DNA from: a virus
Direction: 5' to 3' (one strand)
DNA: 64,000 bases
Virus record (IMG/VR): IMGVR_UViG_3300008266_000014
Span: 32,001-96,000 of that record
The position numbers and the translations under genes are program-made. The notes beneath the pieces were generated by a model that saw only the letters and a list, made by a program, of their open reading frames with translations, did no database searches and was not told the DNA's origin. Below are positions 49,081 to 57,696 of the stretch, one piece after another. Numbering within the stretch: position 1 is the stretch's first letter; each line of letters opens with the position of its first letter.

Positions 49081-49165
49081 GCCCAAGTGGTGAAACGGTA
49101 GACACAGGAGACTTAAAATCTCCCACCCATTGGGTGTGCCGGTTCGATTCCGGCCTTGGGTACCA
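49081..49165 (+). tRNA. tRNA-Leu(TAA)
   Basis: GCCCAAG/CTTGGGT, GGAGA-CTTAAAA-TCTCC, variable arm, CCA. Confidence 0.93.
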
Positions 49166-49186
49166 CGTATAAACTAACGTATAGAC

Positions 49187-49843
49187 ATGCTAGAAGACAT
49201 AGCAACAGAGTTGAAGAATAAACAAATATTCTACAGACCAAATATCTTAAGCAATATATTTTCTTGGCAAGAATTAGAGAAACTAATAAATCTTAGACCG
49301 TTCATTAATTCTCAAAGAGTTCATATTATATCTGATCAAGAAGATGATTGGAAATGGCCGTATCAAAATTGGTTGACAGATGTTAATACATACCCTCCAA
49401 CACTTTTTGAGAATTTGATTCGCAAGTACACTGTTTTTCTTTCTGACTGTTCTAGAGTAAATGAGAAAATTAATTCCATATGTGGTGAAATAGAAAATAT
49501 CACTGGATGTTCCTCCGATGCTCATTTATACTTTAATTTAGTAGGAAATAATTCGGAAAGTTTTGGGATACATTGTGATATATCAAATGTCCTTGTTTTG
49601 CAGGTAGAAGGGACTACTAGGTTTAAAATATGGTCAAAGTTCAACAAAAACAGAATGGTTGATAACTTGGGTCACATAGACCAACCACCTGTTGTGGATG
49701 TGGAAATGAAACCAGGGGACGTTGTATACATTCCAAAATATTACTATCACCAGGGCATATCCACAACAAAACGGCTGTCAATAAGTTTTCCTCACTTCGA
49801 AAGTGAGGATCTGCATCAAGATAGAAAATGGATAGAATTATAA
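49187..49843 (+). CDS. JmjC/cupin-4 family oxygenase
   Basis: FGIHCD, VLQVEG, MKPGDVVYIPKYYYH, RLSISF. Confidence 0.8.
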   Translation: MLEDIATELKNKQIFYRPNILSNIFSWQELEKLINLRPFINSQRVHIISDQEDDWKWPYQNWLTDVNTYPPTLFENLIRKYTVFLSDCSRVNEKINSICGEIENITGCSSDAHLYFNLVGNNSESFGIHCDISNVLVLQVEGTTRFKIWSKFNKNRMVDNLGHIDQPPVVDVEMKPGDVVYIPKYYYHQGISTTKRLSISFPHFESEDLHQDRKWIEL

Positions 49844-49854
49844 GGTGATATGAT

Positions 49855-50055
49855 ATGAGTATAGAGTTAAAAAGAGAGCAGATTGAGAAGCTGATTGACA
49901 TTTACAACCACTTCCACGAAATTCAATCATTCACAATTGCTCTGGAAGAAGATTCTGATATGATAACAGTGAGCTTTAATATTAATGATGTTAAACCAGA
50001 GCACACTACAGAAGATCGATTTGATAAACCATTTAAGAAACAGGTATTCAAATGA
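49855..50055 (+). CDS. Hypothetical protein
   Basis: 66 aa ORF with AAGG SD, in operon. Confidence 0.5.
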   Translation: MSIELKREQIEKLIDIYNHFHEIQSFTIALEEDSDMITVSFNINDVKPEHTTEDRFDKPFKKQVFK

Positions 50056-50264
50056 AAATAGACATCAGTGATGAAACAGTATACAATCTCGTGGTTGATG
50101 TACTGATGAATGATTACAAGTATCTGTGTAGTGACATTGAACGATACCAAGATAAGACAATTCTTTCTGATATTGAACAAGAAGATTTAAGTAACTGGAT
50201 CAGTCACCGAGATGCTCTGGAAATAACAATTAACTACTATGCAGGATATAACAGCTGGAAATAA
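50052..50264 (+). CDS. Hypothetical protein
   Basis: 70 aa acidic ORF, ATGA overlap. Confidence 0.5.
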   Translation: MKIDISDETVYNLVVDVLMNDYKYLCSDIERYQDKTILSDIEQEDLSNWISHRDALEITINYYAGYNSWK

Positions 50265-50265
50265 T

Positions 50266-50715
50266 ATGAGTGATTATAGAGACACATACTACCTTGATGT
50301 TGGATTTACATGCTCCTGCTTTGACTTGTTTCATGCTGGTCATGTGTTGATGTTACAAGAAGCACGCTCACAGTGTGACTATCTGATAGTGGGATTGCAG
50401 ACCGATCCAACAATTAATCGACCAGAGAAGAACAAACCAGTCCAGTCAATCTTCGAACGATACGTTCAACTTAAAGCATGTAAGTATGTCGATGAGATTG
50501 TGATATATGAAACAGAAAATGATCTGTTGAATATTTTGAGATCTTATCGTATAGATAAAAGGTTTGTTGGTGAAGAATATCAAGACAGAATGTTTACTGG
50601 ATCTGATATCTCAACCATTGAGATAATTTATAACTCGAGAAGACACAACTTCTCAACAACAGAATTACGAAAGCGTGTTGCTGACTGCAACGCAATTGAT
50701 AGTTTAGTTAAGTAG
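50266..50715 (+). CDS. Cytidylyltransferase (TagD/glycerol-3-phosphate CT-like)
   Basis: FDLFHAGH (HxGH), LIVGLQTD, ERY..L..CKYVDE, FSTTELR. Confidence 0.85.
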   Translation: MSDYRDTYYLDVGFTCSCFDLFHAGHVLMLQEARSQCDYLIVGLQTDPTINRPEKNKPVQSIFERYVQLKACKYVDEIVIYETENDLLNILRSYRIDKRFVGEEYQDRMFTGSDISTIEIIYNSRRHNFSTTELRKRVADCNAIDSLVK

Positions 50716-50741
50716 TATCCTATCTGACCGTAGACGAGAAT

Positions 50742-50816
50742 CTGGCTATAGTTAAATGGATATAACAAGGGTCTTCTAAACCTTAATTCCTGGTTCGATT
50801 CCAGGTAGCCGGACCA
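50742..50816 (+). tRNA. tRNA-Arg(TCT)
   Basis: CTGGCTA/TAGCCGG, AGGGT-CTTCTAA-ACCTT, GGTTCGATTCC, CCA. Confidence 0.9.
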
Positions 50817-50843
50817 AAAAATCAGGCCATATTTTTATTTCAT

Positions 50844-51212
50844 ATGATTTTAGTAAAAACGTATATTGATAAAAGCGACATTCATGGTGTAGGGGTGTTT
50901 GCTGCTGAGTTCATATCTAAGGGAACCAAAATTTGGGAAATTAATAGACAGCTAGATTTAGAGTGGGCAATCGAAGAGTTTATTGAGTTACCTCGTGAGG
51001 CTCAGCTCTATATTCAGCACTGGGGATATAGAGATCCTGAAACATTAATGTATAGACTAAGTTTTGATAATGATAGATTTATGAATTGGAGTAGTGATCC
51101 TAACGTAATTGGTAATTCTAAAGAAACATTTGCAGCAAGAGATATAGACAAATATCAAGAGCTGACTTATCCTTTCAGTGAAGATCTGTTTTCTCAGTTT
51201 ACTTCAAGTTAA
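50844..51212 (+). CDS. SET-domain protein
   Basis: SDIHGVGVFA.EFI.KG, RFMNWSSDPN (NHS is NWS), FAARDI...ELTY. Confidence 0.8.
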   Translation: MILVKTYIDKSDIHGVGVFAAEFISKGTKIWEINRQLDLEWAIEEFIELPREAQLYIQHWGYRDPETLMYRLSFDNDRFMNWSSDPNVIGNSKETFAARDIDKYQELTYPFSEDLFSQFTSS

Positions 51213-51213
51213 T

Positions 51214-51288
51214 GCGGGTGTAACTCAGTGGTAGAGTGTCAGCCTTCCAAGCTGTTCGTCGCAGGTTCGATCCCTGTCACCCGCTCCA
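51214..51288 (+). tRNA. tRNA-Gly(TCC)
   Basis: GCGGGTG/CACCCGC, CAGC-CTTCCAA-GCTG, TCCA end. Confidence 0.95.
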
Positions 51289-51301
51289 TTATTACAACAA
51301 A

Positions 51302-51868
51302 ATGCAAAATCTAATTTTAACTTTAGATAGTAGTGGAATACCAAACAACTGGACAACGTGGCAAGAAGCAGTACTATTAAAATGTAAGGGATTGATTGCA
51401 TGGGAGTTTGGTGATAGAGAGTTCATGTTCAGAGGTGGTATATCAAGAATAACCGGAGAGCAGTCGGTAATTGAAGTGTCCTCTATTATTGCATTGAAGA
51501 CTAAATTCAAATACAAGGGACGCACCCCCACATTCTCTAACAGAAATCTTTTTAGACGCGATTTACATACGTGTGCATATTGTGGTAAGAGCTCTGGGGA
51601 TCATGAACTAACGAAGGATCATATCATTCCGATATCTAAAAAAGGTCCTACGTCTTGGATGAATTGTGTTACTTCCTGTAAGAAGTGTAATGGTAAGAAA
51701 GGGAACAGAACCCCAGAAGAGTCTGGTATGCATCTTCTTTATGTGCCATATATACCAGATAAGGCAGAATCGTTGATCCTGCAAAACAGAAACATTCTTG
51801 CAGACCAAATGCAGTTTTTGTTGAATTTCATTCCCAAACACAGTAGAGTGTGGAACACTGTTGATTAA
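51302..51868 (+). CDS. HNH endonuclease (McrA-like)
   Basis: NLFRRDLHTCAYCG, TKDHIIPISKKG, CVTSCKKCNGKKG; ATG just after tRNA-Gly. Confidence 0.85.
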   Translation: MQNLILTLDSSGIPNNWTTWQEAVLLKCKGLIAWEFGDREFMFRGGISRITGEQSVIEVSSIIALKTKFKYKGRTPTFSNRNLFRRDLHTCAYCGKSSGDHELTKDHIIPISKKGPTSWMNCVTSCKKCNGKKGNRTPEESGMHLLYVPYIPDKAESLILQNRNILADQMQFLLNFIPKHSRVWNTVD

Positions 51869-51901
51869 CAGATTGAATTCTTTACTATGAGGTAACACAC
51901 A

Positions 51902-52222
51902 ATGCTTCAGCAGACAAATAAGTTAATGAAAAGTAGCATCATATCAAAGCAGTTTAATTATGTTGAATTTGACCCTAACAACAAAAAACATAGAATAGCT
52001 TTCTTTCAGTTTAAAGTCTCTGGTAAGTGGCCAGATAATATGAGATTTAATCTTGATCCGTTGTATGGAAATGTTCCGTCAATGATTAATCAGAAACTTC
52101 TTGATTTTTATTTTGCAAGAGATAGAGCTATCCCTAAAGATCTCAAAGAGAAATATAGTGAGAAGAAACTAGTATACCCTATAAGTGACATGACTGAAAT
52201 GACAGGAGAAGAAATTGAGTGA
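51902..52222 (+). CDS. Hypothetical protein
   Basis: 106 aa; FDPNNKKHR, GAGG SD. Confidence 0.55.
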   Translation: MLQQTNKLMKSSIISKQFNYVEFDPNNKKHRIAFFQFKVSGKWPDNMRFNLDPLYGNVPSMINQKLLDFYFARDRAIPKDLKEKYSEKKLVYPISDMTEMTGEEIE

Positions 52223-52913
52223 CAATGATCCCAAAGTTGATGTTTCGAATCTAATTAAGCAGCGATTGAAAGCTGCGAATGCACAATACAAAGCATGTGA
52301 CAATATCTCTTCATACATTAACGAAGAAGAGATACCCCTTCTCATAGATGAGGTCAAGTATAAGTTTCAGCAGGTACTTGACTCTCTCATTATCGATACA
52401 GAAAACGATCCTAACTCCAAAGACACAGCAAAGCGTCTTGCAAAGATGTATGTGTATGAGTTGATGTCTGGTCGTTATGAACCAAAACCAGATGTCACTT
52501 CATTTCCTAACGAAGGTGAAAACAGATTCGAAGGAATGCTGGTTGTTCGAGCAGAGATTCGTTCTATGTGCTCGCATCACCACCAGCCAGTGAAGGGTGT
52601 TTGTTATATTGGTATTGTTCCTACTGGTCGAGTAATTGGATTGTCGAAGTATGTTCGTATTGCACAATGGTGTGCACGTCGTGGACAATTACAAGAAGAA
52701 TTAGTTAATCAAATTGCAGGGGAAATTATGAAAGCAACAGAGACAGAAAATGTTGCTGTGTATATTGAGGCCACACATGGATGTATGGATAACAGAGGAG
52801 TAATGGCACACTCATCAATGACTCAGACATCTGCTGTGCATGGATTGTTCCACAACAATAGTGTCAAGCAAGAATTCTTTGACAACATTAAATTACAGTC
52901 GATGAGATGTTGA
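52215..52913 (+). CDS. folE: GTP cyclohydrolase I
   Basis: DTAKRLAKMY, SMCSHH, GLSKYVR, QLQEEL, HGCMDNRGV. Confidence 0.93.
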   Translation: MSDNDPKVDVSNLIKQRLKAANAQYKACDNISSYINEEEIPLLIDEVKYKFQQVLDSLIIDTENDPNSKDTAKRLAKMYVYELMSGRYEPKPDVTSFPNEGENRFEGMLVVRAEIRSMCSHHHQPVKGVCYIGIVPTGRVIGLSKYVRIAQWCARRGQLQEELVNQIAGEIMKATETENVAVYIEATHGCMDNRGVMAHSSMTQTSAVHGLFHNNSVKQEFFDNIKLQSMRC

Positions 52914-52938
52914 CACTGAGTATAACTTTTTATAAGGT
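52910..52938 (+). promoter_or_regulatory. Sigma70-type promoter candidate
   Basis: TTGACA-17 nt-TAAGGT at the end of folE. Confidence 0.5.
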
Positions 52939-52944
52939 AGTTAA

Positions 52945-53157
52945 CTGAGAGATTTATCAGTATTTGCTCAAGAAGTATGGGCTGCAGAAAGTCTTGAAGC
53001 TAAACGTAGTGCAATGCTATGTTTATTAGGGGAGCTTCAACACAGGCAAAAGTTGCAACAGTTCATCAAGGAGGTAGAAACAACTACATCTTTGAAACGT
53101 CTCGACTTCTTGGCTGCTAATCTCGTGTTAAGAGACGGTGACCCTGTAATTAAATAA
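52945..53157 (+). CDS. Small helical protein with apparent CTG start (70 aa, not in ORF track)
   Basis: Open frame (L/M)RDLSVFAQEVWAAESLEAKRSAML...LDFLAANLVLRDGDPVIK fills the gap; AAGG upstream. Confidence 0.45.
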   Translation: MRDLSVFAQEVWAAESLEAKRSAMLCLLGELQHRQKLQQFIKEVETTTSLKRLDFLAANLVLRDGDPVIK

Positions 53158-53186
53158 TTTTTTAACATGTAATAAGGAGAAATCTT

Positions 53187-53405
53187 ATGACTCAATATGA
53201 AAAAATCATCAACTTCCTAGACTCTGGTAAAGAGTTGACCGCATCGCAAGCAGCATCGCGCTTTGGTATTACTAATTTATCGGCACGTGTTCATGAACTA
53301 CGTGAAGATGGTTACAAGATTGCAACCGTAAAGACTAAGTCTGGTAAGTCGGCTTATGTCAAGGCTACTGGTAAGAAAGTTGCTCGTGCAACAGCACGTG
53401 CTTAA
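53187..53405 (+). CDS. Small winged-HTH DNA-binding protein
   Basis: LTASQAASRFGITNLSARVHELREDGYKI; AAGGAG SD. Confidence 0.75.
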   Translation: MTQYEKIINFLDSGKELTASQAASRFGITNLSARVHELREDGYKIATVKTKSGKSAYVKATGKKVARATARA

Positions 53406-53422
53406 TTAATAGCACTTCTACC

Positions 53423-53453
53423 AACCCTCTCTGCAAAACAGAGAGGGTTTTTT
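53423..53453 (+). terminator. Rho-independent terminator
   Basis: AACCCTCTCTG-caaaa-CAGAGAGGGTT followed by T run. Confidence 0.88.
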
Positions 53454-53456
53454 CGT

Positions 53457-53933
53457 ATGCAAAGACTGACAACCAAATGGACTGACACTCTCGAGGAAGC
53501 TTTTGGTCCTCAAGTAAAGAGAGCAAGAGATGCTGAAATCATGGTAATGGATGCATTTACTAAATGGGGGTATGAAGTAATAGATCATGAGTCAGATAGG
53601 GATTTACAGACTCAAGGGCTTGATTTTTCTATACGAAAGAATACGTGGAGAAACTTTTACTCAATCGATGTGAAGGCCAACCTCGACAGCTACGGTTCTT
53701 ATTACGTTGATCTAAAACCAGATGGGTGGTTGTTTAACCCTAAAAAGACAAGTGATAGAATCTGTCATGCCTGCGTTGAGACAGGGTGGTTCCTCTGGTA
53801 CGGTAGAGACGACATGAAGAACTATATTCATAAAATGAATTTTGATATTTCCGAAGAAACAGTATTCAAGATAACTCCAAAAATTAAACTTGATTTTGTG
53901 ACACGCCGGAATGCTAACAAGGAGAGAGAATGA
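53457..53933 (+). CDS. Putative PD-(D/E)XK nuclease
   Basis: AEIMV...QTQGLDF...SIDVKAN...GWL pattern. Confidence 0.5.
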   Translation: MQRLTTKWTDTLEEAFGPQVKRARDAEIMVMDAFTKWGYEVIDHESDRDLQTQGLDFSIRKNTWRNFYSIDVKANLDSYGSYYVDLKPDGWLFNPKKTSDRICHACVETGWFLWYGRDDMKNYIHKMNFDISEETVFKITPKIKLDFVTRRNANKERE

Positions 53934-54313
53934 TAAAAACGTCAATATGGGTCACATTCCAAAAAGAAGGAATACACAAATATCCCCAAGCAGCAACAGA
54001 CCCCAAGCTAGTCCACGTAGCATTCCTTGCAAATCCCCATCGTCACATCTTCCACTTCAGAGTCGAATTAGAAGTTTTTCATGATGACCGTGACATAGAA
54101 TTTATTTTACTGAAGCGTGAGTTGGAGGAGCTATATAATACAGGAACTCTCATGCTGAATAATATGTCATGTGAAATGATAGCAAGAGAGTTGCTGGCGT
54201 ACATATCAGAATACTACCCTGGTCGCGACTGCACCATCAGTGTTAGTGAAGATAATGAAAATGGATGCACACTTCATTATGTGAAGGAAAGTCCTAAATC
54301 TGATTGGAAATAA
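53930..54313 (+). CDS. dpdL: QueD-paralogue T-fold protein, DpdL-like (CDG decarboxylase candidate)
   Basis: EGIHKYP, LANPHRHIF (LxxxHRHxF in place of QueD CxxxHGH), DRDIEF, SCEMIA, VSEDNENG. The DpdL motif is recalled from literature, not verified here. Confidence 0.7.
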   Translation: MIKTSIWVTFQKEGIHKYPQAATDPKLVHVAFLANPHRHIFHFRVELEVFHDDRDIEFILLKRELEELYNTGTLMLNNMSCEMIARELLAYISEYYPGRDCTISVSEDNENGCTLHYVKESPKSDWK

Positions 54314-54316
54314 ATT

Positions 54317-55171
54317 ATGGCTACATTCTGTCACATCGCTCCCATCCCACACCTAGATATCATCAAAGGATCAAAGGCTCATCTTGCGCTTGCACATCTT
54401 ATCGAGCAAAGCGAAGAGTACACTTCCTTTTATGCCAAGGAAAGACAAAATGGCAGTATGGTAATTCTAGATAATTCTGCTTTTGAAATGTACAAGCAAG
54501 GGAAGCCAATGTATGAAATACCCAAGCTGATTGAGATGGCAGATCGACTGAAAGCAGATTATGTTGTAATGTCGGATTATCCAAACGACTACAGCAAAAC
54601 AACAATCAGTGCTGCAAAAGAAATTGCACCTGTTTTGAAGGACAAAGGATACGGTACTTTCTTTTGTCCACAGTCTAAGATTGGAGACAAGGGTGATTTG
54701 TTTAATTGTTTTGAATGGGCCGCTGATTCTGATCTCGTTGACTATATCGGTGTATCAATTCTTGCAATTCCAAATGCTTATGGTGTGGAAAAAAAGAACA
54801 AACTCCAGCGTTTTGTTAGCCGGTATATGTTTATGCAGGAGTTGAGAGATAGTGGTGTACTTGATCATGCAAAGTCCAAAGGTAAAAAGATCCACATGCT
54901 CGGTATGTTAGATGGTCCTGGTGAGATTAGATTGATGGAATCATTTAAAGACTATATCGATACGTGGGACAGTAGTGCTGCGATGTGGTTAGGTCTTCAT
55001 GCCGGTAAAACATTCGACAGTTCCCCAACAGGACTGATAAACGGTAAGTATGAGGAAGAAGTAGACTTTGATTATCAAAATGATAAAGGTAAGTTGAATG
55101 CAATTATCAACATGAGTATAATCAACAACTATATTCAAATGTACCTAACACCGGAGAGCGATGATGAGTAA
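54317..55171 (+). CDS. dpdA: TGT-fold deazaguanine transglycosylase-like protein (DpdA family)
   Basis: ILDNSAFE, KIHMLGM, DTWDSS motifs resemble TGT/DpdA; adjacent to dpdL-like gene with folE/queD/queE nearby. Confidence 0.6.
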   Translation: MATFCHIAPIPHLDIIKGSKAHLALAHLIEQSEEYTSFYAKERQNGSMVILDNSAFEMYKQGKPMYEIPKLIEMADRLKADYVVMSDYPNDYSKTTISAAKEIAPVLKDKGYGTFFCPQSKIGDKGDLFNCFEWAADSDLVDYIGVSILAIPNAYGVEKKNKLQRFVSRYMFMQELRDSGVLDHAKSKGKKIHMLGMLDGPGEIRLMESFKDYIDTWDSSAAMWLGLHAGKTFDSSPTGLINGKYEEEVDFDYQNDKGKLNAIINMSIINNYIQMYLTPESDDE

Positions 55172-55541
55172 TTACAGATACAATGAAGATGTGTATCTTG
55201 GTAACATAATGAAATACCTTAAAGGAACATATGGAGAACATTATGTTGCTAAAGATATCCAGGTAATTGATATATGGGAGTCTCTAGACTCTCTTGAGTC
55301 TACAGCAAGAGACACAGCTATTAAATATCTATGTCGGTATGGAAAAAAGGATGGCAAGAATCGAAAAGATTTAATGAAGGCGATTCATTACATCATTCTT
55401 ATGATGTACGCAAGTGATAGGCAGGATCAACAAGAAAAGATCGATGCTTCCAAATACGAGGCTGTAAAAAACAATCAGCCAGAAATTCAAGATGCTTATG
55501 ATAAGGTGAATAATTATGATACATATCTCAGGACATCATAG
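55161..55541 (+). CDS. DUF3310 / T7 gp1.7-like protein
   Basis: TYGEHY, AIKYLCRYGKKDG...DLMKAIHY. Confidence 0.65.
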   Translation: MMSNYRYNEDVYLGNIMKYLKGTYGEHYVAKDIQVIDIWESLDSLESTARDTAIKYLCRYGKKDGKNRKDLMKAIHYIILMMYASDRQDQQEKIDASKYEAVKNNQPEIQDAYDKVNNYDTYLRTS

Positions 55542-56007
55542 TAAATCAACTCTTACAAATGTAAGAGAAAATGATAATCAACCCAATGCTGTTGACCTTC
55601 GGTTAGATAAAGTTTTCGTCATTGCTAAAAACAATTTTGTGATTAGTGAAGATGAAAAACAGCACAGAGGTACTATCGAGTGGATACCAGATGAGGATGG
55701 GTGGTTTACCCTTTCTGAAGGCACGTACGAAGTTGTAATGGAAAACATTATTCATGTTGGTCCAGATGAAGCAGGATGGGTAATTACAAGATCCACACTA
55801 AACCGTAATGGGGTTTTTATAACTTCTGGTCTGTATGATTCTGGATATCATGGTGTTATGGCAGGTGCTCTTCATGTAAGGGGAGGACCTTTAAAGATTA
55901 AAAGAGGAACACGAGTTGCTCAGTTCCTTCTTTTCAAAGCCGAGGCTCTCTCAGAATATAATGGATCTTATGGTTTGAAAAGTGAACACGATAAAAAATA
56001 CGTATAA
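55516..56007 (+). CDS. dUTPase/dCTP-deaminase-fold protein
   Basis: QPNAVDLRL, RSTLNRNG, YDSGYHG, RVAQF, YNGSY. Confidence 0.8.
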   Translation: MIHISGHHSKSTLTNVRENDNQPNAVDLRLDKVFVIAKNNFVISEDEKQHRGTIEWIPDEDGWFTLSEGTYEVVMENIIHVGPDEAGWVITRSTLNRNGVFITSGLYDSGYHGVMAGALHVRGGPLKIKRGTRVAQFLLFKAEALSEYNGSYGLKSEHDKKYV

Positions 56008-56018
56008 GGAGATAGACT

Positions 56019-56984
56019 ATGGCAGAGCCTTTTAAATTGCAGGTAAGTGTGGAAGAATTACAGAAACGTAAATTGTTTCTCGCAGTTCCAATGTATGGTG
56101 GTCAGTGTGCAGGTATGTTTACAAGATCAGTAGCAGATCTTTCAGCACTATGTACCAAATATCAAATACCTCTTCAAATGTTTTTCTTGTTTAATGAGTC
56201 GCTTATTACTCGAGCAAGAAACTACTGCGTTGATGAGTTCATGCGTTCAGGTGCAACTCACTTGATGTTTATCGATAGTGATATTGGATTCAACCCTCAA
56301 GATGTTATTGCCCTGCTTGCAATGCAGGATGACGCAAGCCCCTATGATGTTATTGGCGGTCCATATCCTAAGAAATGTATTTCATGGGAAAAGATCAAAC
56401 AAGCTGTTGATAAAGGAATGGCTGATGAAGATCCGCAACGACTAGAGAAGTATGTCGGTGACTATGTTTTCAATCCAAAAACAACATCCCGTGAGATTCC
56501 AATCAACCAGCCTGTAGAAGTTCTTGAGATTGGTACTGGCTTTATGATGGTTCGTCGTAAGACATTTGAAGACTATCAAAAAGCATTTCCTCATCTCTGG
56601 TACAAACCAGATCACGTTCGCACAGAAGCATTTGATGGTTCTCGTGAGATCATGGCATACTTTGATTGTATTATTGATCGTGGGTATGGTTATGAATATC
56701 TACATCAACTGTTACGTGACGTGGCTGATGGTAAAGAGGGCATACAAGAAGTAGCTAAGAAAATGGTTGAAGGTGAGGCTCATTCATCGAAGCGATATCT
56801 GTCCGAAGACTATATGTTTTGCTACAATGTTCAACGGATGGGTGCTAAAGTCTGGTTCTGTCCTTGGATGCAGCTACAACACGTTGGTAGTTATGTATTC
56901 GGTGGTTCTCTTGCTGATCTTGCATCCATTGGTGCTTCTGCAACAGCAGATTCAGGACAGCTAAAAAAAGCCAAGAAGAAGTAA
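56019..56984 (+). CDS. GT-A-like glycosyltransferase family protein
   Basis: PMYGG, NESLITRARN, FIDSDI (DxD), GTGFMM, YLSEDYMFC, HVGSY. Confidence 0.65.
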   Translation: MAEPFKLQVSVEELQKRKLFLAVPMYGGQCAGMFTRSVADLSALCTKYQIPLQMFFLFNESLITRARNYCVDEFMRSGATHLMFIDSDIGFNPQDVIALLAMQDDASPYDVIGGPYPKKCISWEKIKQAVDKGMADEDPQRLEKYVGDYVFNPKTTSREIPINQPVEVLEIGTGFMMVRRKTFEDYQKAFPHLWYKPDHVRTEAFDGSREIMAYFDCIIDRGYGYEYLHQLLRDVADGKEGIQEVAKKMVEGEAHSSKRYLSEDYMFCYNVQRMGAKVWFCPWMQLQHVGSYVFGGSLADLASIGASATADSGQLKKAKKK

Positions 56985-57003
56985 TTTTTTAGGAATCTAT
57001 ATT

Positions 57004-57681
57004 ATGAAGTTTAGTGCACGTACAATTCAAATCCTGAAGAACTTTAATCAGATCAATCAGAGTATTATCTTTGCACCAGGAAACACTATTAAGACAGTAT
57101 CTCCAATGATGACTGTCATGGCTAAAGCTACGATCGACGAAACTATCCCTCGTAGCTTTGCCATCTTCGATCTGTCACGTTTCCTTGGTGTTCTATCTCT
57201 CTTTGATGATCCAGAGATTGATTTTAGTGAAAAGTTCCTAGAAATTAAAAGTGGCAAACAAAAACTTAGCTACCAGTATGCGGATCCTAGCCATATCAAA
57301 GCTCCACCAGAGAAAGAGATAGAGATTCCTGCAGACAATGTTGAGAAGATTCTCACTGCTGCGACAATGCAATCAGTAATGAAAGCAGTTGCAGTTCTTC
57401 AACTACCAGACATTGCTTTTACTGGAAAAGATGGTAATATGTTTATTGAGGCAATCGATACATCACCAAAATCAAAAGCGGTTGGTGTATCGAGTGACAC
57501 ATTCGCTATTAACATTGGTGAGACCACCAAACAGTTCAAAGTAATTGTTAAGCCGGATAATATTAAACTACTTCATGGTGATTACACTCTCAAGATCTCA
57601 TCCAAGAAAGTTCTCTACCTACAAGGTCCAGACGTCCAGTATTGGATTGCCTGCGAGGAGAGCTCTGTCTATAATGGATGA
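57004..57681 (+). CDS. gp45: Sliding clamp gp45
   Basis: ILKNFNQINQSI, FAIFDLSRFL, YWIACE; position before gp44. Confidence 0.92.
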   Translation: MKFSARTIQILKNFNQINQSIIFAPGNTIKTVSPMMTVMAKATIDETIPRSFAIFDLSRFLGVLSLFDDPEIDFSEKFLEIKSGKQKLSYQYADPSHIKAPPEKEIEIPADNVEKILTAATMQSVMKAVAVLQLPDIAFTGKDGNMFIEAIDTSPKSKAVGVSSDTFAINIGETTKQFKVIVKPDNIKLLHGDYTLKISSKKVLYLQGPDVQYWIACEESSVYNG

Positions 57682-57696
57682 ATTTGAGGTGACTAA

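Noticed and set aside
48997-49165. tRNAs with TAG and TAA anticodons as possible stop suppressors or a sign of recoding
   Set aside because: These anticodons read the Leu codons CTA and TTA. TAA, TAG and TGA all terminate conserved genes at expected positions (e.g. gp13 TAG, gp19 TGA).
51236-51301. Extended HNH N-terminus
   Set aside because: It overlaps tRNA-Gly; ATG 51302 is the plausible start.
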